The notes beneath the pieces are model-generated. The model saw nothing but the letters and a program-made list of their open reading frames with translations. It was not told the DNA's origin and made no database searches. A stretch of 64,000 nucleotides of DNA from the NCBI GenBank assembly GCA_009914755.4, contig CP068257.2, forward strand, positions 41,824,001-41,888,000, in the 5' to 3' direction. Origin of the DNA: the human T2T-CHM13v2.0 reference genome, Homo sapiens. Both the position numbers and the translations under genes were made by a program. Positions 1 to 15,915 of this stretch are shown here, one piece after another. The stretch's first letter is position 1; every line of letters starts with the position of its first letter.

Positions 1-270
1 CACACACATCGCACACTACCTCACACACATACTGCATACCTCACACATACATTTCACACACACCACACACCTCACACACAGTGCACACACACCACACCCC
101 TCACACGTTTCCTTGCAGAGCCGTATTGTGTGTGTGTGTGGTGTGTTCATGTGTGTACTTGTGTGTATATGGGGTGTGTGGTATGTTCGTGTGTGTACTT
201 GTGTGTATATGGGGTGTGTGGTGTGTATATGTGTGTGGGGTATGTGTGTGTGTGGTGTGTGCGTGTCCTG
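1..270. repeat. Degenerate dinucleotide repeat. The block is CA-rich on the plus strand at 1-118 and switches to GT-rich at 121-270. It contains a 40-bp tandem duplication, 141-180 and 181-220.
   Basis: Direct reading shows cacacaca-type runs followed by gtgtgtgt-type runs. The string gtgtgtacttgtgtgtatatggggtgtgtgg occurs twice in tandem. Confidence 0.9.
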
Positions 271-3200
271 CTCATGCAGAGTGTCCGCAACCACTTCTCG
301 CCTCCTCTGTCCCACCCGCCCAACCCCCTGGCACTCCTGTGGACTATGACCCCCTGAAGCCACAAACCCCGAGCTGAGCTAAACCACTGCTCGAGGTGCG
401 GGGTGCGCAGCACTCCACAGCCCGTTGCATTTCCACGTCGCAAATCCTCAGGGAGCATTTCCTTGGAGATACAAGAAGTGCATCCACGTGTTCCCAAGTC
501 CTTTCGCTCAGGGAGTGCCGACTGGTGTCGGCCTTCCAGAAATGACTTTCTAAGCACTTCCATCCCACGCAGACCTGCTTCCTGAAGCCCAGCCTGGTCT
601 CTCTGTGCCCGTGTGTCATCCTTGCCCACTCTTACATGCTGCGAGGCTGGCTGTGTCTGCAGCCGCAGCCATCAGAGGCCTGGAGGTAGCAGAAGCAGCT
701 CTGGTGTGCGCTCAAAAGCTCCTTGCGGCTTGCTCCAGCCACTCACTTATCACCGTGTGGAGTAGAGGGTGTGTGTGTGAGTGCGGTGTGTGTGAAGCCA
801 CACCAAACTCATTCCCAGCCTAGGGAGTGAGCCTCCTCTGGCCCGGGCTTAACAAACTCTGGTCAATGTGACCCACGCAGACAGCAAGAGGAGGGACGTC
901 CACTCGCACAGACCCACTTGACCTGGGTGCAGCTGACTTCCTAGTCTTCCCTTCTATGAAACGATGACTTCTGTGGCATGCAGCCCTGCCCTGGCCCGCG
1001 GGGACACGCAAGCTTGGGACCCAGGAGAGCAATGACACCGGAAGGGCCAGGCCCTTTGCTGTCTTGGGGGTGCCAGGCCAGAACTCCAAGTCACCAAGCA
1101 AAGAGGGCCCCAGAGTCCCCTGTGGTCCCCAAACCTGGCCAAGGTTAGAGTCACCGAGGGGCCTGGACAGATGCCAGGGCCAGCCCAGGCCTGCCACGGC
1201 GGGGGAGACTGCCGGGAGGCGAGGCTGGGAGTCTCATCATCAAGCTTCCCGGGGCTCTTGCTGGCATCCCACCCAGGGTTTTAAGGGACATTTGGCAGCA
1301 GCTGGACTCCGAGGGAGGGGGTTGGGGGACGACCATGCATTTGTTCTGGGAATGCTCTTGCATGTGCCCGCATTGCCCCTCATGTCCCCATGTCCATGCC
1401 AGGTGGACAGCGTGTCCACCAAGGCCCTGACTGCACAGCCAGCTGTGCTCTCGGGAGCATGCCACTCGGCCGGCTCTCCGGCCCTGACTCAGCTCAGGCA
1501 GGGGCTCAGCGCCCAGTCTGTGCTTGCAGGTCGTCGCTCAGGCCGGAGCCGAGGAGCTTCGCCAGGCCTGAGATACCTAGACAAGAAGTGCCAGCTCCAG
1601 TGCCTGGGGAGGCCAGGCAGGGACGTACGCCACGAGGGATGACGCGGGGTGGAGATGGTGGTGAACGCACAGAGTCATAACGCAGTGGCTTCCCACCTTC
1701 GCCATGTGGGAATGTGGCTCCAGGGAACTAGACTGGTCTGTGGCACTTCCTCTTTGAAAGGTAGGCCATTCCTCTAAAAGAGCTGGAGGCGTGGCAGGCC
1801 GGCAGCACAGGCACTAACAAGGCAACCAGCCACTGTCAGAGCACACCACACCTCTGTTCTCACCAACCTTTCAACTTACAGAAGAGGAGACGGCCTCGAG
1901 ACCCAGTGTGCGTGACCAGTTCCACGTGCCACTAGCGCCAGCCGCCTAGAACTCCAAGAGAGGAAAGCAAGAGCTCCCTTGCCATGCGTTTGCTCAGAAC
2001 TTTAATTTTTTCTCCTCAAGGAAAGTAAAAGAAACAGGTCTTCCTTCCACTGTGCAGGCAGTCAGCGAGCTCCTGCAGGTCCTGCTCTGTAAGCAGAAAG
2101 CTGGAGGCTGCACCCCAGATCAAGGCCCTCACACCTCAAAGGTTCTCACGGAGGCCTCGTCTCTGCCCCGCATCTCCAGAATGTGCTTGCTGGTCAGAGA
2201 AGAGTCCAGTGTGGCTCAGACAAACACAATCACCTTTCCCAGCAGCCAGGTCCATTCTCTGACAACATCCCACTGGGCACAGCCACACTGACTCCTGCTG
2301 CCACTGCAGCCACACCTGGGCCTCTCCTCCCCTGCACCAAGCATGGCAACCCTCTAGGCCATGGCCTCACCTGCCATTACCCCCTGGCCCCATTACCCCT
2401 GCCCCCAGCTCCGCATGTCAGGTTTGCTGCCCTGTCCTGCCTAGAACGCTCCGCAGGCTGCTGTCTCTGTACCCCCTCCTGCCGAATAACGACTGTTGGC
2501 GGCTCTGTGGGTTCATGTGCTTCGGAATTAAACCACAGGGCCTGCTTCTCATTGCCACTGATGCTCGGCTTCCAAGCCCCCATCGCCACCCACCAATGGC
2601 TATTCAGTGTCCGCAATGACAAGAACACCCTGGATACTCCCAGATCGGCTGGCTGTGATGGTGCTCACAGGCCCAGGCAAGAGCCAGCCCCAGATGGGCC
2701 CATAGTGCTGCTCTGCTTAGAGCCAATGCCTGCACCAGGCAGCTACCCTGGAGGTGCCCCTGTGAGTGGGCATAGGCAGGTACACCCCCAGCAGTGGCAG
2801 GTGCAGCATCTCGGGCAGTCGGGGGGCATCCGCACAGGCCTGGGTGCAAACTGCGGCAAATCCCATGATTCTGCATACAAGAAGGGTGGGGACGTGTGTT
2901 TTCCAGGGGAAATGGTCCCTGTCGTGCATCAGATTCTCAAAGGGGTCCAGCACCCAAACAAGTGCAGGGGTCACTGGGGGACACTGGTGCAACAGAAGCA
3001 GCCCTGGACTGGGAGTCGGGGCCCCACTGCCGACCAGCTCCACCCTAAAAACTCATCACTCACCCTCGTGTTTCCTAGCAGATAGTGGGAAGAGATGCAG
3101 GCCCATCGTGTGCACAGAGGTTCAGAGTGAGCGCACTGTGAGTGGAAACTGTCACGCAAGCCTCGGGCATGACGTCCTTCCCAGACATTCTTTCCCATCG

Positions 3201-3476
3201 GGCTTCTCGATCCGGGGTGTTGGTGCCTCCCAGGGGTCTGCGGCACCTGTGAAGCAGCAGCAGAGCCACTTCGTCATGGTCCACTGTGATGGTTAGCTCT
3301 GTCTCCTCCTGGCTGGGGCTGGGATGCATGACAGCTGGGGAGATATTACTTCTGGGGGATCTGTGAGGGTGCTTCCGGGTGAGATCAGCGTTTGAACTGG
3401 CCTCAGGAAGCCAGACGCCCCTCCCGGTGTGGGTGGAATCATTTAACCCAGTGAGGGCCTGACTAGAACAAAAAAG

Positions 3477-3693
3477 GCAGAGGAAGGGAGAGCTGGCTCT
3501 GAGAGCTGAGACTTCATCTCCTCCTGGGATCAGACAGCAGCGCTCAGCTCTCAGGCCTGCTGCCGTGGATGGAATTACACCCCAGGCAGAGGAAGGGAGA
3601 GCTGGCTCTCAGAGCTGAGACACCATCTCCTGCTGAGCTCAGGTACTGGCCTCAGCTCTCAGGCCTGCGCCATGGATGGAATTACACCCCAGG
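3477..3693. repeat. Two tandem copies of a ~108-bp unit (ggcagaggaagggagagctggctct...ggatggaattacacccc)
   Basis: Copy 1 lies at about 3477-3585 and copy 2 at about 3586-3693, roughly 90% identical by eye. Confidence 0.8.
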
Positions 3694-4464
3694 CTTTCTT
3701 GGTTCTCCCACTTGCAGATGGCAGCTCATGGAATTTCTCAGCCTCTGTAACTGCATGCGCCAATTCCTGTAATAATGCCTCTTCTCTTAGGTATCTATAT
3801 CCATCTCTGTGTCTGCATCTCCTATAGGCTCTGCTTCGCTGGAGAACCCTGACTAGTACAGGCCATCTTCCTGGGGTACAGGCCATCTTCCTGTGTGGGA
3901 AGTCAAGGCAGGAGCAGAAGGTGGCTAAGTGAATATTTAACCACTATGCAACTATATTGAAACATATACACATCAAGGGTGGCAAGGGCAGGCAGGCCAC
4001 AAGGATGGCTGCCAGAGGCCACCATGGCACTTCCCCCCAATACCAGGAGCAAATGATGGACTCGGCCATACCCTACAACCATCCTGGGGTATGGGCTGGA
4101 ACCCCCAGGGAGAGGCGGGCAGCAGAAAGCCTGCAGGCCCCCAGCTTTGTACCATGAGAGGTGTGTGGGGCCCAGGTCCAGGTGAGCATCGTGGCTGTCC
4201 TCCAGGAGTGGCGCCTGGCCCGCTCGCTGCTCTCTCACTTCATGGTACTTGGGGAGGGGCAGAGAGCACCCTACAGAGACAACACTGGCTTCGGGACGCA
4301 CCCACAGCCACCCAGGAAAAGCCTTGAGAGCACAATGAGATGGAGACCACAGCCCCCAGGAGAGAAGACAAAACTTGAGATCTGGCTCTGACTGAATTGA
4401 CTGCCGCCAAAACAATGAACAGAAATCAACATTTTCCAGCAGATTTTAACAAGAATCTACACTA

Positions 4465-6659
<2,195 letters not shown>

Positions 6660-7130
6660 TAGAAATTTTTAAAACAAACAAACAAAAAAAACTGCTTAAA
6701 CAAAACAGGGAGGCCAGAAGACGATGGAACAATACCTTTTTTTTTCTTTTTTTTTTTAAATTATACTTTAAGTTCTAGGGTACTTGTGCAGAACATGCAG
6801 GTTTGCTACGTATGTACACATGCGCCATGCTGGTGTGCTGCACGAAGAATGAAAGGAGAAGAAGTCACCACAGAATCCTACATCCAGTGGAGACAGCCTT
6901 CAGGAATAGAAGCAAAATAAAGACATTCTCAAGTAAAGGAACTAGAAGAGAATTGTCACCAGCAAGGGAAAAGACCCCAGGGGGAAACACAGCACTTCTA
7001 GAATGAAGAAAGAGAAACAGAAATAGCGGATACCTGGGTAAATAGTTTTTAAACTATTTTTTCTTTTAAGTCCTTTAAAATATGTATGACTATTGAAAGC
7101 AAAAAATATACCATCATCTTGGCCAGGTGT

Positions 7131-7532
<402 letters not shown>

Positions 7533-10500
7533 CTAAGTGCTTCCAGCGCTTCCACACTTCACTCGAAGTCACAAAGCAGGATCTGCAGAAACTGTGAAAG
7601 GCTAGGTTTAGTATATTGTAATCTCTAAGCAATCACTTAGAAAAGATATACAGTAAAATAAAACTGAAAAGAGATTTAGCCAAAAAAGACAACAGATACA
7701 TTAAAATGGAAAATGGTAAAATATTAAAATAAGAAAAGGGAGCAGAAGGGACAATCAAAACCAACCGTAAGGCCAGACCTCAATGTTACAGTTCACAACA
7801 ATAGCACATATGCATCATAACCATCCCAGGACAGACCACAGTCGCGTATCAAGAGCGGCAGGACATAAGCCACCAGGAGCAGGAGGAAGGCAGAGAAGCC
7901 ATGGTGAAGACATGAAGAGACAGCCACCTTCACCCCTAACCCTGTACCTGTGGGGTCAAGCATGACATCTGAGCCTCTGTCCCTGGACTAGGGTAAACAA
8001 GGGGATCTCTGGGCCCAGGAAGGCTGGGGGCAGGGGCTGTGAGGAGCTGAGGGGCCTGCAGGCCACGCTGCCCTGGCACCCCATCTGGCACCTCTAGGTG
8101 GGTTCCCTCTCACTCCCGGTCAGGGAGCAGCATCTGACAAAACACTCTGCTGCAGGCCTCGGTCTCCCCCTCTGCTGAACGTCAGGCGGGTGCTGTCTGG
8201 GGCCTCCAGATGCTCCAAGGGGAAGACACGGCGCTGGAAGGCTCTGGGCGGTGGAGGGCTGTACAGGAGGGGCCATGGGCCTCCTGGAACTCCCCTGGGA
8301 ATGCTAGAAGGGGGCAGAGACAGCTCAGATGAAGCCCTGAGAGATTCCAATGGCATCCCAGGCCCCTCTCCCATCTCTCTCCCTCCCCCATCATCACTGC
8401 CTCTGAGGCCAGGGTACCCCAGGCTCTCCAACCCCACATATGGAGGCGGGCAGGCTCAGCTTCTGTCCAGCACCAGAGCAGTTGGAGAATGAAGTGGAAC
8501 CCAAACGTGGCTCCGTCCCCCAGGGAGACAAACCTGCAGACACCCTCCTGAGACTGGGACAGGGGGACGGGGAAGCCTGGCCCAGACAGAAGCACGAATT
8601 GGTGGCGTGGGCCTGGTGTTGAGAACAGGGTCCAACATCACAACCCCGCTCGGGAGGCCAGCGTCCGGGGCCTCTGCCAGCTCTGTCCCAGACGGAATTT
8701 GTTCTCACTCTGGACACCCCCAGGGGACCCCTGTGCTCACAGGCAGATCCAGGGGGCAGGAGGGGGGCCTTCCCATGCCAAGTGCAGTTGGATGATGAAC
8801 GACACCCCCAAAAGATTTGTCCAGGTCCTAACCCGAGGAACTGGAGAATGGGACCTGATTTAGAAAAGGGGTCTTTGCAGATAGATGGGATTAAGTTAAG
8901 GATTTTGAGATGAAAGCCTCCTGGATGAGGGTGGACTTGAGATCCAAGGACACGTTCTGAGAAGGGGGAAAGGTGCAGAGACACAGTCACGTGAGACGGA
9001 GGCAGAGAACTGGAGCGATGCGGACACAAGCCAAGGACTGCCTGGGCCACCGGAAGCTAGGAGCGGCAGGAAGGGTTTTCTCCTGGAGCCTTCAGCAGGA
9101 GGTGGCCCTGCCGACACCTTGATTTTGAAGTCTGGCCCCAGGACTCAGAGAGTCCACTTCTGCTGCATGAGGCCCCCCGCATGCAGTATCCTGTCATGGC
9201 AGCCCCTGCCTCATGCGGCCTGGATCTCATGAGGGGTCCACTCCCCTCGTCTCCCCGGTGGGGCGCGGCATCTTCATGCTGCCCTCTAAGGACAAGCGCA
9301 TGAGAGGCCAGCCTCCCCCACCAGCAGGACAGAATGCACGAGGCCTTTACCAGGCCACACTGGCGCCTGGCGTGGCTAGGACAGCAGTGCTGCTGCCCCG
9401 CTGTGGGGCCGAAAGAAGCCAGGGATGAGGGTGCGGGCGCATCTGTGGGTCCCGGAGGCTCCAGACCCCCAGGCCAACTGCACAGCCTGCAGGCAGCACT
9501 GCCTGGCCAGCCCTGTCATCCCTCTGTCCGTACATCTAACCACTTTCTCTCTGGGGCCGCCCCGCCCAGAGTCCCTTTCCTGCCGGAGGCTGGGGCTTTC
9601 CTGGCAGCTACTCACCACTCTCCCGGTGTTTGTTCATCGAGGTTTCCCGCTGCTGACGGTTGTTTTGACTTGCTCAGAGTTGTCATGCACCTTTGCCCTG
9701 GCTATGTAAGGAGAAGGAGCCTTTATGCAATCCAGGAAGCCCGCGTCAGGCCCAGGAGGTGCGCCAGCTCTCTAGGATGCTGGCCAAGGTCCCCCGCACT
9801 TGGCCGGATCCAGGCAGGGAGTGACGGACCTGCTGGCATCCTCCTGACCCCGGTTTCCAGCTCTCCCCTCCCCCTGTCGACAACCCAGGGTCAGAGGACA
9901 GGCAGCCACCTGGCCAAGGGGCAGGCCCCCTTGTGCCCTGGATGGTGATGGCCTCTGGGGCCAGAAAGAACAAGGTGGTGAGGGGACCATGGAAGACGGC
10001 CTGGACTTTAGTGAGGGTGGATGGCTTGCTGGGCGGGTTCCTCAGGGGCAGAGGCTGGGACAGGATTCAGGGTTACATGGCATGTGACCCCTGGCCACCC
10101 CAGGAGAAGAGAGGGAAGGAGCAGGGGTCAGGACAAAGGGGCAGGTGCCCCCTGGGGGACTCAGGGGGCAGGCACCCATGGGGTACTGGGGAGGCTGCAG
10201 AGACACCTGCAGAGTTGCCCCCGCCGGCAGGAGACACTTGGCTACTTATCCCCCACCTGCCGTCAGTCGCTGTCAAGGGGCTCCCAGGGACCCTGACTGC
10301 CCAGCATGTCTGGCCTGGCTGGAGGGAGTCCCCAGGTAGCGCTGAGCCATTGTACAGGCTGGAGGGACGAGGCTGTTACTGGCGCCCAGGCTTGGGGCCA
10401 TGCTGCAGCAGCCTGGGAGAGGCAGAGAGAGAGAGACACCGGGCCTTCCCCATGGCAGAGCCGGCCACTAGCTGAGCCTGGCTGAGAGGCGGTAAGGGGG

Positions 10501-12270
10501 CTGGGCCTGGCCCTGGAGCGAGCTCTACGAGGGGGTCTGGGGCTCACAGACAGGCCAGCACCATGCCTCCAAGAGTCAGAGAAGTGAGGCATCAGACAGG
10601 CTGTGGCCCAGTCCCACAGAAGAGGTGCCGTCTTGAGCCTCCAGTGTGCTCTGCACGGCCTGGAGGCCCGGACACGTTTTGGGTGGAGGGTGGGGGTCTC
10701 AGCCTGGGCCAGGCTCCCCATCTCACCCCTAAGAGTGGCATCGGCCCAGGGTCCGGCCAGGCCCTACTGATGTGTTCTCAGGGGCCAGGACATCAGTGCA
10801 ACAGGGCAGCCGCTTGCGACAGGACCCGGCCGACTGTCCCCGTCCCCAGAGCACTTTTGGCTGCATCTGGGAGCCGCATCCCCTGTTTGTTCTCTGGAAC
10901 CAGGAAGCCAGGGCTTTCCACTTCCTGGCTGCTGCAGAGGCCATGCTCTTTTTACTCTCCAAATAGGAAAGCTCCTGCAAGCCTCCTGCCAAGTGAGTGT
11001 GGAGAGCTGATCTCAGTGTGGCTGAGGTTAATGGACAGGAAGTGCCATTACCTAAATGGGCCAATAAGCTGATGAGAAGCCCGAGAAGAAAGCCTTTCCA
11101 GGCCTTGACCCAGAGAGCCGGCAGGAAAGCGGCAGGCGTCGCGGCCCCAGCAGGGAAGACCAGCTCCTGAGCTCGAGCCCCAGCTCCATCTGCAGCCTGG
11201 CCTCACCGCAGTGCCCTCGGACCTCTGCTCACCCTTCTCTGGCCTCCTCTGGCCTCCTCAGGGCTCCTGCACACACACCTGTGGGTCTACAAGGGGCAAA
11301 AAAGATCCCGGAACATCGGAGCAAGAGCCCCCCACCCGACCCCGTGTGCAAGCCCCCATTTACGTGTTGCACTCCCAGGGGCCCCTGAAGCCCTCCCTCT
11401 CGGCCTCAAAATTCCCATTGCAGACATGGTCCAGCAAGGCCAGCTGTCTGGCTTTCCGGCCGACGATCAAAACAGCAAGTCGGAATGATGATGGGCTGAT
11501 GGACGCGGGCCACCGACAACCAGGTGACCACTGAGAGCAAGGAAGAAGCCACACAGATGCAAGGCCCCCAAAGTGGGAAACCCCGTGGCAGGGGCCAGGG
11601 GCACCTAAATAACAGACGTCCCACGGTGTCACCTGGGCCCGGTACAGGATGGCGGCTAGCAAGGCCGTGTCACCAGGAGGCTGAGTCACGGGGAGGCTGC
11701 GCCACTGGGAGGCTGCGCAGACTGTTGAAGGGGGCACAGGAACGTGGAATTGGTGTTGGACCAAATGAAACTGCCAACACCTGCCCTCAAAACTGGGGAG
11801 TTCCCAGTGGCTGAACCGAGGATTTCCACAATGGGGGGCACTGTTCTAAAAAGAGAAGGTTGAGGGCCTAGACCGTTGAGTTGTAATCATTCACAAAACC
11901 TTTTCCATGGAATTCTGCAGCTGGCCTGGGAAGGCTGTGCACGGTGGCCACACGGTGCTGCGGTGAAGTCTAAGGGGCTGTTCAACGTAGCACCTACATT
12001 TGGGGAATTACAGATGCCACAGCCTGCAGGGAGGCACCCACAACTGTCTCCCCCAAGGTAAAGACGACTGTCCTTCACTTACGACACACCGGGTTCCTGC
12101 ACAGCGATGGCCTGGAGCATCCAGAGAAGGGTCCCTGCTCTCAGAGCCGGCCAGGCGGGCTGTGTACACGGCCACGGAAAGCACCCTTGGGGGAGGGTGT
12201 TGCTGTGATTTCTGCACCCCCACTTCCTCACGTCCTGCAACCTAGCTAGAATCTGCAATCAAAAGCTACC

Positions 12271-12493
12271 CAGCTTTGGAAGGCTGAGTGGGATCACTTA
12301 AGGCCAGGAGTTTGAGTCCAGCCTGGGCAACACAGCAAGTTCCCGTCTCTGAAAAAAAAAAAAAAATTAGGCAGGCGTGGTGGTGTGTCGCTGTGGTCCC
12401 AGCTCCTCAGGAGGCTGAGGTGGGAGGATCACTTGAACCCTGGAGTTCAAGGTTGCAGTGAGCCATGATCGCACCACTGAAGGTCAGCCTGGG
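12271..12493 (+). mobile_element. Alu SINE, 5'-truncated
   Basis: ggatcacttaaggccaggagtttgagtccagcctgggcaacacagcaag...; internal A-run; gccaggcgtggtggtgtgtcgctgtggtcccagctcctcaggaggctgaggtgggagg. Confidence 0.85.
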
Positions 12494-13022
12494 CAACAGA
12501 GTAAGACTCTATCCCAAACGGAATTTGTTCTCACTCTGGACACCCCCAGGGGCACCCTGTGTTCACAGGCAGATCCAGGGGGCGGGAGTGAGACCTTGCC
12601 ATGCCTGTCTCAAAAAAAAAAAAGCCATCAAGGATGCTTTGGGTGTCGGCCGCCGCAGGCCCCCATCTCTCTGCATCTAGCCACATCACTTGGCCCTCAG
12701 AATGGAGCAGGAATGCGAGTTCCAGGCCCAAGAGCCACAGGATGGCGGGAGCTCTCACAAAATGAGCGTGGTCTTGCTAGCGGGGCACAGGCTGTCTCCA
12801 GTGGACAGGCCACTCCCACACAGGCATGGAAGTGCAGGACGCGCTCTTCCCGTGGCCTAAGGCCCCTTGTTTCTGGAAGGATGGGTGAAAGCAGACACTA
12901 CCTGTGCCAACTGGAAAGCTCTCACAACGAGATGAAACACCCGCAGGGCCGTGCCCTGCCTGCAGCAGCTCCGGCCTCGCTGTGCGTTTTCAGGGGACCT
13001 TGTGCTGCGGGTGCAACTGTTA

Positions 13023-14222
<1,200 letters not shown>

Positions 14223-14420
14223 CTATTTCTCAGGCGGGAAATGGGTTCCAGCAGTATCCAGACCACACCCTTGGAAGGGCAGAACCAGGAGCCCCCGTGC
14301 CGGGGGGCTTCATAGCCACGGCCTCTCACTGCCCTACCAGCAGGGTCACTGCCCCATCACCAGGAGCCTCTCAAGGGGTGTCCCCACGCACACAGCAGAA
14401 AATCCCAAGGACTGGCAACT

Positions 14421-14473
14421 GCTTGAGCCTCCCGAAGTCCTGGGATTACAGGCGTGAGCCACCACGTCCGGCC
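14421..14473 (-). mobile_element. Alu fragment (antisense), covering only the first ~50 bp of an Alu
   Basis: gcttgagcctcccgaagtcctgggattacaggcgtgagccaccacgtccggcc. Confidence 0.8.
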
Positions 14474-14538
14474 CTGCCAGGGCTTTCGGTTGCCGTGTGT
14501 GCACGTCTCTGTGTGTGCACATGCATGCACAGGTGTTA

Positions 14539-14848
<310 letters not shown>

Positions 14849-14849
14849 T

Positions 14850-15460
14850 TGTCATCTCTGTCTCTCTGTTTTGCATTCTGGTCAAATTCCGTATTTCTCT
14901 CTTCTATTTCACTAATTCTCTTTTCAACTGTGTACTTCATCCTATCCCATCTTCTGAGCCTTTTGTCTCGGTGACTGTATTTTTCATTTCCAGGATGTGC
15001 CATTTTCATAACTATCTGTTCTTGTCTTGAATCTGCCATTCAGTTTTTGTAATGTATTTACTTTAATGGCTGTGGTCCTTTTTCTTATCTCTTTGGTAGA
15101 TTAAGTCTTTATTAGATTCCTCCATAAACTTTACTCCATCTGGAATGAATTCATGTTCTGGGTATGAATTTTGTTGGTTGTTTCTTTTTTAATTTCAATG
15201 AAATTAGGATAACGTAAAGTTAGCAATTTAAAAGTGTGCAATTTAGTGGCATTTAATACACTCAGGATGTTGTGTACCCATAACTGTTTCTTAACATGCA
15301 AAATCCCGTGCTTCTGAATTGGGGCTTGCAGACTCATTTTTAAAAGTTTAGTCATTGGATCAGGATATGGGAAATCAATTCTCTGAAAGTCAGTTCACAA
15401 AATGACCTTGATTGGTCAGTTTGCTGAAAATCAATTCTCTAAACGATACATTTTCCAAGA
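14850..15460 (-). mobile_element. Probable ancient LINE (L1-like) antisense fragment
   Basis: AT-rich sequence with the look of antisense L1 (ttttcatttccaggatgtgccattttcataactatctgttcttgtcttgaatctgccattcag...). This is a resemblance, not a match I can confirm. Confidence 0.3.
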
Positions 15461-15792
15461 CTTCAGACAGAAACTTTAAACCTTGTCTGGGCAGTTGGCC
15501 GCAGCCATTTGGCAACACAGGCAGGAGCAGGGGCTGAAAATTCCAGCAAAATACGTGAGCCAGGGTTAAGGGCACATTCAGAAGAAAAGACATTCAGTCG
15601 AGCTGGACCAATGCATATCAGGAAAAGTGGCCGCCATAAAACAGCGAGAAGCCTTTGGAGGCCATTTTTTTATTCACTAACTAGATCACTCCGTGAAGTC
15701 GGCTCGGGTCCACCCAGGTCTAGGCAAACAGAGTTGTAGCAAATTGATCTAATTCTGAAGACAAAGTGGCAAGTAGACGTCGAGGGCACGGT

Positions 15793-15915
15793 GGAGTCCT
15801 GGCTTTCCACAAAATTCTGCTAGCTGTGTGACCTCAGGCAAGTCGCTGAGCCTCTCTGTACCTCAGTTTGCCCCTCAGGGTTCCTGTAAGGATTAAATGA
15901 GGTCGCCTAGGTGTT
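15793..15915 (+). mobile_element. MIR SINE fragment
   Basis: ctgctagctgtgtgacctcaggcaagtcgctgagcctctctgtacctcagtttgcccctcagggttcctgtaaggattaaatgagg matches the MIR core/3' consensus (tagctgtgtgaccttgggcaagt...cctcagtttcctcatctgtaaaatgggg...gaggattaaatgag). Confidence 0.7.

Noticed and set aside
16-629. Overlapping ORFs encoding His/Thr/Cys/Val-rich peptides on both strands
   Set aside because: They are translations of the CA-rich and GT-rich dinucleotide repeat at 1-270. This is low-complexity artefact.
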